Positions 1-17,149 of a DNA stretch of 64,000 nt are shown here, piece by piece. This DNA comes from Eledone cirrhosa (Eukaryota). The DNA lies in NCBI GenBank assembly GCA_964016885.1, contig OZ024740.1, positions 42,346,001 through 42,410,000 of the forward strand. Direction: 5' to 3'. The notes under the pieces were generated by a model. The model made no database searches. It was not told where the DNA came from and saw nothing but the letters and a program-made list of their open reading frames with translations. Made by a program: the position numbers and the translations under genes. Each line of letters begins with the position of its first letter. Positions within the stretch are counted from its first letter, which is position 1.

Positions 1-770
1 TTTTGTTGAAATTGTTTGGTATAGAAATGTATTTCTCTTCAACGAATGTGACTTGCAAAAGCAACAGCTTCACACTGATTTCTGAGTAGCAGAGATATTT
101 TAGAGACGGTGAATTGACAGAAACTTTAGAAGGTCAGGTAGAATGCTTTGGGGTATATGTCCCGACTCTGTACCACCGAGGTCAACTTTACCTTTTCTCT
201 TTTGGGGTCTAGAAAAAGTAACAGTCTACTATTGGTGTTAATTCTTTCTCTATATTTCGTTCAATCTTCCTCTCCGCCTGGTTTAATATAGATGATCTTC
301 GCCAGGTTTAAAATACCCAAGGCACACAAGACACACAATACCCCTATTAATCCACCAAAAAGTACGGGTTTAAAGAAAAGGATAGAAGATATTTTAGATC
401 CCAATAGCTCTTCGTCTTTTTTGTGTAACAAATCTCAGTATCTTCAATAACGATTTTGTAGAAATGGTATTGTCCTCGTAACAATTCAAACATTCACTGG
501 AATTTCTCGTGAGAATTCAAACACATGCAATAACTGGCTCCGATTTCATGTTATGTCCATTATCACTCCATTTCGCTATACGATTACTGATGCGATCTTC
601 TCTAAAAAGGTGATTCTTTGTATTTAGCCCCAAAGGGTAACCAATTACTTTCACCAAGCTTGTATTAATGGCAAACGTTTTCGGGATTCATTTTTATTAC
701 ATTAAATAATAGTTTTTTAAATAATGAATAGCCCCTTGTGCCGACGCTACTGAATTCTATATATGCTTGT

Positions 771-927
<157 letters not shown>

Positions 928-1103
928 CATGTATGCGTGTATTTGTATATGAGTACATATTCATAAGTGTGAACGGTAAAATTTGATGTGACACTGATAT
1001 AGGTATGTGTATATAAAGGCAATGCCTGGTGCAGATAGACCTCCATAAACGTTTATTCAATAGAGACATAAATGCATTTTTGTATATATATATACATACA
1101 CAC

Positions 1104-1140
<37 letters not shown>

Positions 1141-1884
1141 AGTGTGAGTGTGTGCTGTGTGTGTGTAAGGGTGTGCGGGTGTGGTATTGGTGTCTGTCTG
1201 TAAGAGAGTGTGTATGTAGATATTTTTACAAGTGTAAATGCATGTGTGTATATATGTGTACACACACCACCTACACATATACACACACACAAATATAAAA
1301 ACATATATACATATATTACTGACTGTATTAGCAGTAGTGGGTTGTCATGTTAACATGTAGTACGGAATAAATCTCGAGATTTTGGTCAACAATGTGACTG
1401 TAAATTAAATTTAATGAAATTCACAGGACAGTTGGAAACGAATGTCAATTCGTACAATCTCTTGGAGACTCGGAAAATGACACTTTTATCTGTTTAACAG
1501 AGAAAACAGTACTTTTAAAATCTCGTATCTTTTATTACAATCCCGAAAAGACTTTAGAAAAAAAAAATGCCGGTTGTTTATGACAGTTCTCTGTATCTAA
1601 TTAAGTTTAATTTACAATCGTAGAGATTGTATAAAGACACAGTTGTTTGCCATTGAACATTGTATTTAAATAAGTTTTATTTACACATGCTGCGTTGGGT
1701 TAAATGTGTTGATTTAATCTCTAGTACCTTATCTGAATATATAAAAAAAAATGTTTGTGTTTTTGGTCCCGGTTGTAGGCATAAAGCTAGCGGAAATCTT
1801 GCTGAGGGGACCATCTTTTCTGGAAAAGGTTAACAGGCTACGTGATTGGCAGTGGTAAATTAAATCAAAAACATTATTAACGAT

Positions 1885-2073
1885 GGGCGGCAGTTTGGCA
1901 GTATCGGTAGAGAGTCGGACACCATGCTGTGCAGCACAGTGTTACGGCCCTTTATGATCTGAGTTCAAATCCCACCAGTGTTAACTTATCATCCTTACGG
2001 GGTCGAGAAAATAAAGTACCAGTAATACACTGGATTAATTGCTGGTCTTGTGCCAAAAGTAGAAACAATTATT
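1885..2073 (+). mobile_element. tRNA-derived SINE with Meta-type central domain (octopus OK-like)
   Basis: A box TGGCAGTATCGG, B box GTTCAAATCC, core TCATCCTTACGGGGTCGAnAAAATAAAGTACCAG, tail GTGCCAAAAGTAGAAACAATTATT. Confidence 0.85.
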
Positions 2074-2264
2074 AACAATGATGAATGCATACCCCTTTTA
2101 TTAAAATTCCGAAATCCCAAAGCCGACAGAATCTGTATATTTTTCGAATGAAAACAGCGTCAGATGTTGGTTTGTGATGGGTTCCTGCAGCTAATTAAGT
2201 TGGCATCTGTTTCCCGTCGTGCCTGCATTGCTTTTCAAGTCTATAAGGTCAATAGATATAACTA

Positions 2265-3405
2265 TGGGTAGCACTTCTTTCTAGCATTCTTTCCAGCAAT
2301 TTAGGGGAAAGAGAAAGTCAATGATAACTGGTGTTTTATTTGATCAAACTCGGAAGGATGAAACGCAAAGTTGAGCTCGGCGGGATTTGTGCTCAGAACG
2401 TAGAATATTGTAACAAAATACTGCAAAGAATTTAGTCCGATGCTCTACCGATACTGTCAATCACTGTCCTGACCTATAGGTAACAATTCTTTCTAGAAAA
2501 TTGGGGAAGAGAAACGTCTATTATAACGACCCCAGTAATTGACTAATACTTTATTTTATTGACCTTGGTAAGATGAAAGGCAAAGTTCACCTCGGCGTTA
2601 ATTGAACTCAGAACGTAGAAAACCATAACAAAATGCCGCAAAGCATTTTCCGGCGCTTTTTGATACTGCTAAGCCACCGTCTTTACCTATGGGCAATAAT
2701 GATTTCTTTATTTAATAATTTCTAAGTTAGACGCAAGGCCAGTAATTTTGAGGGGAGAGGGGCCGATGTCGGTTATATCGACCACAGTGGCTGGCATTTT
2801 ATTTTATCGACCCCGAAAGGATAAAATGCAAAATTGATCTTGGTGAGATTTGAACTCAGAACGCAGAGTACTGGAAAAAATAGTGTAAAGTATACTATCT
2901 AACGCTCTACTGATTCTGCCAATCTACCGCCCAAATTATTTGTAATAATTGTTTCTATATTTGGCACAAGCCCAGCAATTTGAACGGAAGGGGAAAGTCG
3001 ATTAAATCGACACCAGTGCGTTACTGGTACATTATTTTATCGACCCGTAAGAATAAAAGGCAAAGCTAACCTCGACGGGATTTGAAATCAGAACATAAAA
3101 GGCCGCAACTCTATGCTGTAGAGCATGGTGTCCGACGCTCTACCGATATTGTAAATTCACTGCCCTTATGGGTAATAATTGATTCTAATTTAGGCACAAG
3201 CCCAGCAATTTGAAAGAGAGGGGAAAATCGATTAAATCGACCCCAGTGGATTACTGGTGTTCTATTTATTGACTCCGTAAGAATGAAAGGCAAAGCTAAG
3301 CTCGACGGGATTTGAAATCATAATATAAAAGGCCGCAACTTCATGCTGCAGAGCATGGTGTCCGACGCTCTACAGATATTGCCTATCTATTGCGGTTATG
3401 AGTAA
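2265..3405 (-). mobile_element. Head-to-tail array of about five SINE copies
   Basis: Reverse-complement SINE core (TTTTATCGACCCC..GGATGAAAGGCAAAGTT..GGGATTTGAACTCAGA) recurs about every 225 bp, with short TAA-rich joins. Confidence 0.8.
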
Positions 3406-4465
3406 TAATAAAAAAAAAAGAGAGGAAACATCTATGTTTATCGATCGGAGATTAGAAAGTGTATTGCGTGTAACAGTTGGGGTTAGAACAACATCATTAC
3501 TTTAAGAAGCAGAAAAACAAACTGTTGAAATCGTAAGGTGAACAGAATTTAAGGAAAAATAGAAAAAATATATAATACATTGTATCGGGCAACGACCGAC
3601 TATCTCGTGTATTGATGGAGTTTATTTGCCATCATGATAGAGAGCATAAGTTGCTTGAGTAATGTTCAAGAAATAAACTCAAATATTTGGTTACGACTGA
3701 ATGTGTAAGGTAACTGAATATTTAAAAAGCTGATTACATAATGAAAACAAAGGCATGGCATTAGATATTTAAAACATTGTGTTGTTAAGTTACCTGTGTA
3801 TTATAAAGCTGTCGAGAAATATAATCCATTGGAGATTATGCAAATACTATAACTGATGTAGATTTAAGAGCAGAGGATGTGTATAATTCTGATGAAACAT
3901 TGTTTTCGTAGTGTTACAGCCCAAGGAAAACTTTCCTTACGGCTAACTGAAGGATGTGAAACAATAGACATTATCTAGTGTAAACCTGTAATAGCAGGCA
4001 AAATCAAATATTCTGGATTGTCTAAAGGGGGGTGTACACTGCAAGAAACAACGACTGGATGTCTACTGCACATCTGTTCTGCTCATCATTCAGCTGAATC
4101 TCTGACCAAAAATGTATATTCATTGGTCTTCCTCCAAAGGTAACGTCATTAATTCAATCAAGATAATAAGACTAAAAATAAAATCGCTCGGTATGCAAAT
4201 TAGGCTAATCAGCGGATGTATGCTTTATAGAATACTATATATTCTCAAACATTCTAGTGAGCGACAGAAGAGAGATACACAATCCTGACAAAGGGCAATA
4301 ATCCAGAAACAATATTATTGTCGATTGATTCTCTCTGTCACTGCTAGAACAAAAGGATGGTGATGGCCATCTAAAAAAACATACCGCGATGAGACCGTTT
4401 GCTTGCAATCGAATCGAATGTGTTAGAGTCGAATAGAAGCTCTAGTGATACTGCCAATCTACCTA

Positions 4466-4660
4466 GGGCGGTGGATTGGCAGTATCAGTAGAGCGTCGGA
4501 CGCCATGCTTTGCAGCGTAGAGTTACGTCCATTTACAGTGTAAGTTCAAATCCCACTGAGGTTAATTTTGCCTTTCATCCTTACGGGGTCGATAAAATAA
4601 ATACCAGTAATGTACTAGGGTAATTGCTGGCCTTCTGCCAAAAGTAGAAACAATTATTAT
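4466..4660 (+). mobile_element. SINE, full length
   Basis: GGCGGTGGATTGGCAGTATC head, B box, Meta core, AGAAACAATTATTATT tail. Confidence 0.88.
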
Positions 4661-4707
4661 TCGATATAAAACTCACGAATGATAATAAGACTTCCTTAGA
4701 TCAAGGA

Positions 4708-4770
<63 letters not shown>

Positions 4771-4773
<3 letters not shown>

Positions 4774-4935
4774 AACAAGTAAGACCCCGACGGCTGAGTC
4801 CAGAATTAGCCGTCGAAACGGCTTGAGCTCAGCCGTCGGGTTCTTACCTGTTCCTATTACCCACTCTACTACCCTAAGTATTGAGTACTTTGGTGCGTTG
4901 TGGTCCACCTGGTTCCTTACCACATTTCCTTCGTT
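4771..4935 (+). mobile_element. Short Penelope-like pLTR fragment with 5' inverted segment, between (TA)n tracts
   Basis: 4771-4798 is the inverse of 4828-4855; the body is repeated nearly identically at 37489-37626. Confidence 0.55.
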
Positions 4936-5026
4936 ATATATATATATATATAAGTTATTCTGGGTTGAATCGGAGGCAACCACAGTAAGTAAGGTACTCA
5001 ATACATAGCAGAGTATAAATGTTTTA

Positions 5027-6090
<1,064 letters not shown>

Positions 6091-6112
6091 TAAAATACTC
6101 TCCCCCCCTCTC

Positions 6113-6160
<48 letters not shown>

Positions 6161-6311
6161 TCTCTCTCTATATATATATAATGCTGTGGTGTATCGCAAA
6201 CAACATTTTTGTATGTATAGTAGATTGGGTAGTTTTTCCGTAGTGTGTGCGGTTTAGGGCAAGGTAGGAAGTGAGCTATAGCTAGTTAGGGGCGGGGGAG
6301 AAGCTAGAATA

Positions 6312-6432
6312 TAATTGTTTCTACTTTTGGCACAAGGCCATCAATTACCCAGTACATTACTGGTACTTTATTTTATCGACCCCGTAAGGATGAAAGGCAA
6401 AGTTAACCTCGGCGGGATTTGAACTCAGACTG
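6312..6432 (-). mobile_element. 5'-truncated SINE
   Basis: Tail and Meta core in reverse complement. Confidence 0.85.
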
Positions 6433-7249
6433 TAATATAATGGAATACAATAAACGAGATAAAATGTGTTTAAACACCGTATACAATTCGTGTTTTATTG
6501 TTCGTTTAGGTGAAGATAGAGGTATAGAAAGATGTAGACATTTGAGTGTGTGAGATCTAGTAGACTGAGCCACGTGACCGTTCATGGTAACTATTCTAAA
6601 AATAATACTAACACTAATTATAATCCTAATTCTAACAAACCCAAACTCTAATTTTAGATCACACACACCCAACTTTCTACATTTTACAAATTTAGATGAT
6701 AGAATAAAATGTTTAAATCATTTAGTACCTTATAAATGTTTCAATACCAATAATAACTAATACTAATGCTACGACAATATAGTATAAAAGGGGGAAATAT
6801 ATACTGAACATAGTTATCTATTATTAAAAACCGTACATCGTCCAAAACATTAGATAGAATTATGGGGTGGGTGTGGGAGAGTGATCTTTAACAACAATGG
6901 TGGCTGCGCCGGACATGTTTCAGGCTTATTGAACCTCTCCATCAAAGAATATTTTACTCAAAGCTGTCATCATTCTAAAACAAGTAAGTGATATAATTTT
7001 TGAATGGAGATATTTCCCAGATTAGGAAAATTCAGTTACTAATATTGGAACATTTGTAAATGGTACTTCTTGTGTGAACAACATATAGACATACATAGGC
7101 TAAAATACTTTAGTTGGTGACTTGAAAATGTCTTAATCAATTGAAATTATAACGGTAATGAGAAGAAAAGACGTTAGTGGTGAACATTTCTGCAGAAAAG
7201 GTCAAGGAATAAATCTCCTTAAATTTTAAATGACCAAATATGCAAGGTG

Positions 7250-7400
7250 AGGTTATTTAGTAGAATAATTTAGCGGTGATAAAACCGAACATGTTTTAAT
7301 TCTGTGCTTCAATAAACATTGTTTAGTCAAAGCTGCCAACACATCAGAACAAATAATACATAATTTTCTCATGTGAAACAGACGAGAAAAATTAACATAA
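7250..7400 (-). pseudogene. Decayed hAT (Buster/SPIN-like) transposase N-terminal fragment
   Basis: LCIICSDVLAALTKQCLLKH resembles the BED-finger CxxC..L..H of Buster-type transposases. Confidence 0.35.
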
Positions 7401-7777
7401 TGACGTTGGAAATAATCCAACATTAGAGATATCTTAACCATCAAGTGCAGTGTAAACGTAGCTGAACTCAGCATGGCGAACGTAAGAATTTCAAGTTCCT
7501 GGTCGAAGTTTGTCCTGATTAAAAAAGGTTAGAGCTCACTCGTTACCCTGAAGTCGGTGATGTACCGGTGTGTGTGTATAAAGAGAGAGAGAAGGACAGA
7601 GAGAACGAGAGAAAAGAGCGAGAGAAGGAGAAAGAGAAAGAGAAATAGAAAGATTGGAAGCTACCACTTTAGACATGTTCAGCTCGATACTTGGGAGGCT
7701 GACTTCTCACCGTTTCGAGCGCAAGTGAATAACTGCGCCGAGACGGTGTGAGCTCGGCCGTTGGTCACTAACTATTT

Positions 7778-7855
<78 letters not shown>

Positions 7856-8039
7856 AAAATGTGGAGAGGAACCACACGAGTTAGGATATATATATATATA
7901 TGAAAACAGGGAGAAAGAGACGATTATTAGGAAGAGAAATATATATTTTCCCTTTTTTGTTTCTCTCTCTCTTTTTTTTCTGGGTTAGAAAATGATTAAA
8001 ACGAAATGTTTTACTTTGTGGGAAGTGTTAAGGTATTAG

Positions 8040-8873
8040 TTGATTTATTTATTATTTAACAATGGCATTTATTTATCTATTTATATATTTAATTATTGTC
8101 TATTACCGGTTTCAGCATTTTTATGCATTATCAAATGATAGTGAAATGTATTAGTGTGGTGTCGCACATGTTAAACAGAAGGTGCAGAAAGAATAATGTT
8201 ATTTACAAACAAGGTTTATGAAGTGAAAAGAAAAAAGCAAAAGGAAAAAAAAACGTGCATAATGTAGAACATAAAAAGTCAATGTGGAAGAAAAAATAAT
8301 GTTATTTACAAGCAAAGTCATTGAAGTTAAGCAGATCAAAACGTGTTAATATAGCAAGAGTGCTTAGTTGATCCATGATTCCGTGATGGAGGCAAATGGT
8401 GGACTGATGTTTGATATGATTTCCCTTTTTAGAGAGTTAATATGCAGGGGGAAACAATTCTTGCTGGATGATATTTAATTTATTAAAAAAAAAGGATTCG
8501 ATAGGGTGTGAGGGAGGTAACTGTTGTAAATGTTTGATTGTTTGTTGGAGTTTTAGATTGGTCCAATTTTTAGAGCATTAAGTAGGGGTTGAAATTTATT
8601 AATGAAATATGTTTCCTTATTGGTACGTTGGATGAAAGTAGCGTTGTCTATGAATTTGTAAATGGGGAAAATTTTAAAGTTTCGATGCTGGTTGAGAGCA
8701 CAATTGGCGATATGTTCACTAAATGCAATCTTTCTGTATTCCTGTATTTTAATTTGTGATTTATGGACGGTCATACGTTGACGGAGGTTGTTTTTTGTCT
8801 GTCCTATGTAGTGCTCTTGACAACCTGAGCAGGTCAAAAGATAGATAAGGTTTTCAGATGCACATGTCTGCAT
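8040..8873 (-). mobile_element. 5'-truncated Penelope-like element (Neptune-like GIY-YIG endonuclease + 3' pLTR)
   Basis: ORF 8553-8873 NLIYLLTCSGCQEHYIGQT..RQRMTVH..E..FINKFQPLLN; hammerhead motif near 8098-8142. Confidence 0.85.
8098..8142 (-). ncRNA. Minimal hammerhead variant (U3-A8)
   Basis: Minus strand: ctat-cat-TTGATAA-tgcat aaaa atgct-GAAA-ccgg-TA-atag. Confidence 0.55.
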
Positions 8874-9015
8874 GCATGCATGTGTGTGCAGGTATGGATG
8901 TTACTGTATGTGTGCATGTGAATATGTGTGCATGTGAATATGCAGTTATTAGATGCAACATTTTTGGAATATTTTACATATTTTTACTGTTCCATTAATG
9001 GATTGTACTTGTAAT
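8870..9015 (-). mobile_element. 3' fragment of R4/Dong-like family E
   Basis: Matches 20553-20730 (ORF end plus 3' UTR). Confidence 0.7.
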
Positions 9016-9349
9016 GTGTATATGAGTCAATGGTTGTTCAGTCCAAACAAAGTTTATCTTTATATTACCACTTAAATTCCCTCCACTGCAACACCCATGC
9101 ACTGTATCACACAACATCCAATACTCAACAAATATCTATGTCTTCTACGCATACTCTCAAAATTAAAACTATCCCCCTCACCAAACAATGACGCCACTTA
9201 ATCTTCAAATGACATATACTTTAGCTAAATCAAAAATGAATTCATTTTTTTCTCATCCCCATTAATACCTATATGCTCATTCTTAGATTCAGACTTCACA
9301 CTTATACCGTTTATGGCTAAAACTCTCTTGTCCACCTTTACATCCGGAC

Positions 9350-9357
9350 GCGCGCGC

Positions 9358-9437
<80 letters not shown>
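9350..9437. repeat. (CA)n microsatellite
   Basis: Direct read. Confidence 0.95.
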
Positions 9438-9440
<3 letters not shown>

Positions 9441-9899
9441 TGCTAATGGTAGTGTCACGCATCTGAGCTGATCGGTTGCTCGGCGACGTTTTACCTGAAT
9501 GTATTTAGGAATAGTTTCTATATTCTCAGTCCGTTTGCTATGTATTGGTCACCCTCAATGCTCATTTACTTGAATGTGTCACTACTTGTAACACACGTGC
9601 TACTAAAACACTTGTGGTTGACATACAAAATATGAGTTGAGAGCCTAGCGAAGAATTTCGAAGGTGTCGGTTGTAGATTTAACGAGTTTCAAGCAAGCAC
9701 GTTTCATATATTTATCTGCAATTGTAAAAAATAAATCGTAGACTCGTTCAAACACAGCAACATTAAATAAACTTCAAGTTATCTCTTTCTGTGAGGTATC
9801 TATCTATATAGAAGTCCTAATATTATAATCTTTATGTTAAGGATGAAACGCACGTAAATTAAAATATGATATAGTTAGCAGTGTTTGGCTTATTTCTCA

Positions 9900-9990
<91 letters not shown>

Positions 9991-10096
9991 CAGTATATAT
10001 ATATATATATATATATACACATTTGTCATGATCAAAAATGAAAGAAAGAAAGAAACAACACTAGAATGTATCTAGCTATCTACTTATTCTTTTTCT

Positions 10097-10151
<55 letters not shown>

Positions 10152-10152
<1 letters not shown>

Positions 10153-10560
10153 GTGGGAAAGTAAAAAATCGGAGAATAGACCGTTAAAACATGTTTATTT
10201 AAAATATCACCTACGTACGTTTCGCCCAGTTGGGCTTCTCAAGGGCATAAATAATCACAAGTGTTCCTTATATTGCTCGGAAAGAGTTTTTGGGGTTAAA
10301 TCCACATCAAGGTTCATTGCTCGCAAAAATATCCTGTTTTGATTTTGCAGCAGGTCAAGGGAGGTAACTCTGGCTGGTGTTAGGGCAGTCTTTCTCGGAC
10401 AATTTTTTTTTTTTTTTTTTTTTGCCGCATCCGTTTGTCTGAGGCTGGGTCTGGTATCTGGTATATATAGGGGTAACAAGTTATCGTTATAGGTAATCCA
10501 GTTAGAGGTTGTGACTACTCTGCGTCGTGGATAGTTTTAACGTATTCTTCATTCTTTCAT
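10152..10560 (-). mobile_element. Penelope-like pLTR fragment between (TA)n tracts with hammerhead (10205-10250)
   Basis: Minus strand TTGAGAA-GCCC aact GGGC-GAAA-cgtacg-TA-ggtg, same family as 5842-5885. Confidence 0.7.
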
Positions 10561-10734
10561 TATATATATATATATATAATTCGGGCTGTTTGTTTGTTAA
10601 CAAACAAACCGAACATTATAATAAATGTTCGGTAAACCCATACGTACATATATATATGTGTGCATGTATATATATAGATACATACTACTGTACGTCTGTA
10701 TACATATATGTATGTACGTATACATACTTATATT

Positions 10735-10766
<32 letters not shown>

Positions 10767-10944
10767 CCCCCCCTCATATATGCATATATTTACATATTAT
10801 TTAGAGCAGTTAAACTGAGAAATACTTCGCTATACTACTTCATATATAAACGGAATATTTTAATATTAATTATCATATACATTATCATATGCCAGATTTA
10901 CAGAACAATTGAGAACCTCACATTTTCCTCATTAATTATAGAAT

Positions 10945-11600
10945 CAACTGTGGTAGACTGGCAGAGTCGTTAGTTCCAGGGACAACTTTGTAGCTGCATT
11001 CGTTTGGCTTTTTATGTTCTGAATTCTAATTTGACCCCCGTCAACCTTGCTTTTTATCCTTCCGTAATCGATAAAATAAAGTACCAGTCAAGTACTAGAG
11101 TCGATATAATCAACTTACCGCTCTCCCAAGATTTCTTGCGTTGTGCTTATGTCAAAAACCATTCTAAGGACATTGGTTTGGCAGAACCGTTTCAGTGTTG
11201 GATAAATATGTTGCTGTGTATATTCCAGCTCTTTACATACTGAGTTGAATTTCCGCTGAGATTAACTTTAATTTTGATCCTTCCAGCAACTACCACAGTG
11301 CATTACTGGTACTTTATTTTATCGACCCCCTAAGGATGAAAGGCAAAGTTAACCTCGGCGGGATTTTGCCTCAGAATGGAAAGGACCGTAACTCTATGCG
11401 TCAAAGCATGGTGTCCGACCCACTACCGATACTGCTAATCCACAATGTAGCAAGGTTAACTTCGTATTCGTATTTCGTCCCGTTGTGAAGTCTATATAAA
11501 GTAACGAGGTTAACTTTGCTTTTCGTCTGCCTCTGAAGTCAATAACATAAAGTACCACCCACATTTCTGGCATTGTGTTTATCTTAGAAGCAACTATTTA
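10945..11600. mobile_element. Cluster of degenerate SINE copies (both strands)
   Basis: Several Meta cores and heads; minus-strand copy at 11290-11440. Confidence 0.7.
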
Positions 11601-11859
11601 TTGAAGCAATTGTTTTTATAAAGTCTCTCAGTGAAGTGAGAAAATGTCATTCGTGCATCTCTCCTAAAAGAGTTTTGTTTTGATGAGGCAAAAGGACATG
11701 ATATTTTAGGCATTGATGGGGTTTGTCTATTGAAGACAAAGTAACAAAATGTAATTATATTTCAGCAATATTTGAAAGGAACTATTAAGAGGTAAAATAT
11801 ATATTGCAATATAATGCTGGTGTTCCACTGTCTCAGGACGCATGATTACGCTTTAACTA

Positions 11860-12006
11860 ATAATGGTTTTTAATTTAGACACAAGACCAGGATTTTAGGT
11901 GTGGAGAATGTTAATTAAATTGACCACAGTACTTGACCTGTTCTTTATTTTATCGACCACAGAAGAATGAGAATCAAAGTTTACCTCGACAGAATTTGAA
12001 CTCAGA
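11860..12006 (-). mobile_element. Truncated SINE
   Basis: Reverse-complement Meta core and B box. Confidence 0.7.
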
Positions 12007-13494
12007 ATTACGCTTTAAATAGTAATATAAAATGTTACATGATAACGCAAACATATTAAAACAAACCTATCATTTTTGTAGTTTCTTATTATTTCAATAG
12101 TAAAATACAATGAAATGTTCGTAAAATTATTCATTAATTTTCGTCGAACAAACATTTAACTTACAACGTATGCGCTGCAAATATCGATTGAAAAATACAC
12201 CAGATAAATTTTATGATTCAAATGTGTTCAGAAAACATGTGAACTGCAACGAAATATGTCGTGTTGCGAAGTTTATATCACAGTGTTAGCACATTCTAGA
12301 ATTTATCAGCTTAAAACCAATATGTCATTAGTTGTAATCCCACATACAAAGATACTAATTATTTTGGAATACTTATATTCATTAATTATGTTAGGTATAT
12401 ACATTAATAAAGCATAAATAATCATTTACATTCGGTAAAGCGCGAACGCATGAATAAACATAAATCTGAAATAAAATAGAGAAATCTTTCTTTTTTTGTA
12501 TTGCATTTTAAAAACAATATATTATCTATTATCGCATGCAATTAATTAAAATTTTCATTTAAGTTATTTTATATCGTGCATTGATTACCAAACATTGATA
12601 TAAGTTTTCTACACCAATGCATAATGTGATTACAATGAACATGTCTCTAATTTATTATCCATACTTGGCAAATCCAGGAATTATCTCACAATACAAAAGT
12701 TTGACGCTGAATTATACTTACACGTTAAGTTAACTATCTAAATATGTTATTCCATAGAACTAATGGACGTTAGATTATAATAATATAAACACAAATATAA
12801 TAAAACAAAATAAAATATAGATAAGGTAAAAAAATACATGAAAAAAAACCCAAATAGAATCCCCGAATCAAAGTATCAAAATAAAAATAAGAAGAAAAGA
12901 AAAGAAAAGAAAAGAAAAGAAAAGAAAAGAAAAGAAAAGAAAAGAAAAAGACATGATAATTATAGCATACTTGCCGACCCAATTCACTTGAGAGATAATA
13001 TCTAAAGCATTACAAGGTTATTAAAATGTTATGGGAGAAATCTAACATAAAAATTGAGACAGAGGAAATGACACTAATGTTTACAGTTATTATATGAACC
13101 ACAAACTTGACTTAACTGCATACACACTTCCTGTCAGGGCGTAGTACTTTATCAATTATAGCTTTATCCAATAAGGCGAGTAGAGTACTGTTATGCCTTT
13201 AAAATATATATAAATAAAAACCAAACCAAACAAATTACATTTAAATATACTAATATATATATATATATATATATATTGAATGTAGAAAGGTAACACACGA
13301 GTTGACATATATAAACAAATAGTAGAAAGGAAAAAGGGGTTTTTTCTGTAGAAAATCTTGAAGAGATATTTTTAGAGAAATTTGAGGCATTAATTAACGT
13401 TTTCAGATAAAGTATCTTGCTAAACAAATTCAGAAACCACGATATATATATATAGTAGAATGATCCGAATTAAGAGTATTCCGCAGTTCACAGT

Positions 13495-13692
13495 AATAAT
13501 AATAATTGTTTCTACTTTAGGCACAAGGCCAGCAATTACCCAGTGCATTACTGCTACTTTATTTTATCGACCCCGTAAAGATGAAAGGCAAAGTCAACCT
13601 CGGCGGGATTTGAACTCAGATCGTAAAGGGACGTAACTATGCTGGAAAGCATGGCGTCCGACCCTCTACCGATACTGCCAATCCACCGCCTA
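13495..13692 (-). mobile_element. SINE, full length, flanked by (TAA)n
   Basis: Complete head/core/tail with TAA repeats on both sides. Confidence 0.9.
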
Positions 13693-14256
13693 TTAATAAT
13701 AATAATAATATTAGCTCAGAAGAAAATTCTCTATTCTTCTTTGAGCTAATATTATTATTATTATTATTACTACTGTGAACTGCGGAATACTATTAATTCC
13801 GATCCTTGTACTTAACGAGCTCCAAATTGTTGAGCTAATAAATTCGAATGGTTGGGCTGCTCTCTCTAGCATTTTCCCCAATCCATGAAAACTGTTATTT
13901 GATGCAAATAACATGTGATTTCGCCCTACCCTGGGCAGCGTGTATATTAGCTTTCTCTCTATCCATGAGGCTAGATGTGTAGTAAACAGAATCCACATTT
14001 GCTGACTGATGAACCTGTGGCTGTTAAACTGCACATTTCTGTGGCGAAACGAACTTAATTCGTATCAGCAAACTTATAGTTATAAGGTTAGTAATTTAAA
14101 ACTCTACTTCAGTAATTTGATTCTGACTTAGGTTTTTTTCTATTTAATTGGTAAACCTGTAGATATTGTTTTCTATACAGTAACGGTAAAAATCACTTCT
14201 AATAATCCTTTACACACATTTCACTGTGTAACACACTTTTATTTGTGTAATATATT

Positions 14257-14291
<35 letters not shown>

Positions 14292-14655
14292 TCTGCTTCT
14301 ATGACCGCTCATTATATTCACCCAGCTTATGCTGATCGGATAACTATCATGTGGCTTGCTGTTTTTCCAACCTTCGATTTGCTTTTCCTTCTGTTGTTTA
14401 CTTGTCTCACTTGCTTTACGCGTTTCACTTGTCCCAATAGCTTATCTTAGTTATTGCTCGCACCAACCTGAGGTATCTGATTTTTAATGCGATGAAATAC
14501 CAATGATGGTTGGCAAATCACTGATGAGGGGATGAGGGACTTATTTTATAATATGTAATCCATGTGCAACCATGCAGTATTCTTCTCCCCTTGTTTTTTA
14601 TATATATATATATAGGAGGAAGTTATAGTTCACTTGAAGCATTGTGTAATGAGGT

Positions 14656-14879
14656 ATAAACGTTTGTATATGTATAATAAAGCCAAAACAATGCAGGTAT
14701 GGACATAGATTAAAGAATGCAAATGCAAAAGATATTGTTGAAAATTAGTCTTTTACCTTAGATTTATTTAAATAAATCTAAGGTAAAGACTAATTGTCAA
14801 CAATATCTTTTGCATTTGCATTCTTTATTCTATGTCCATACCTGCATTGTTTTGGCTTTATTATACATATACAAACGTT

Positions 14880-14884
<5 letters not shown>
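14656..14884. repeat. Near-perfect palindrome, ~114 bp arms, no spacer
   Basis: Centre GATTTATTT|AAATAAATC near 14770; arms complementary out to TATAAACGTTTG / CAAACGTTTATA. Confidence 0.92.
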
Positions 14885-17135
<2,251 letters not shown>

Positions 17136-17149
17136 ATATATATATTTAC

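Noticed and set aside
1885-1980. tRNA genes at A/B-box motifs
   Set aside because: No cloverleaf; always attached to the SINE core and tail
3430-4140. Possible decayed DNA-transposon coding sequence (LHICSAH)
   Set aside because: Single short motif amid many stops; cannot assign without a profile search
14515-14580. CTGATGAG as a hammerhead core
   Set aside because: No downstream GAAA or stem III at a suitable distance; at most a broken remnant
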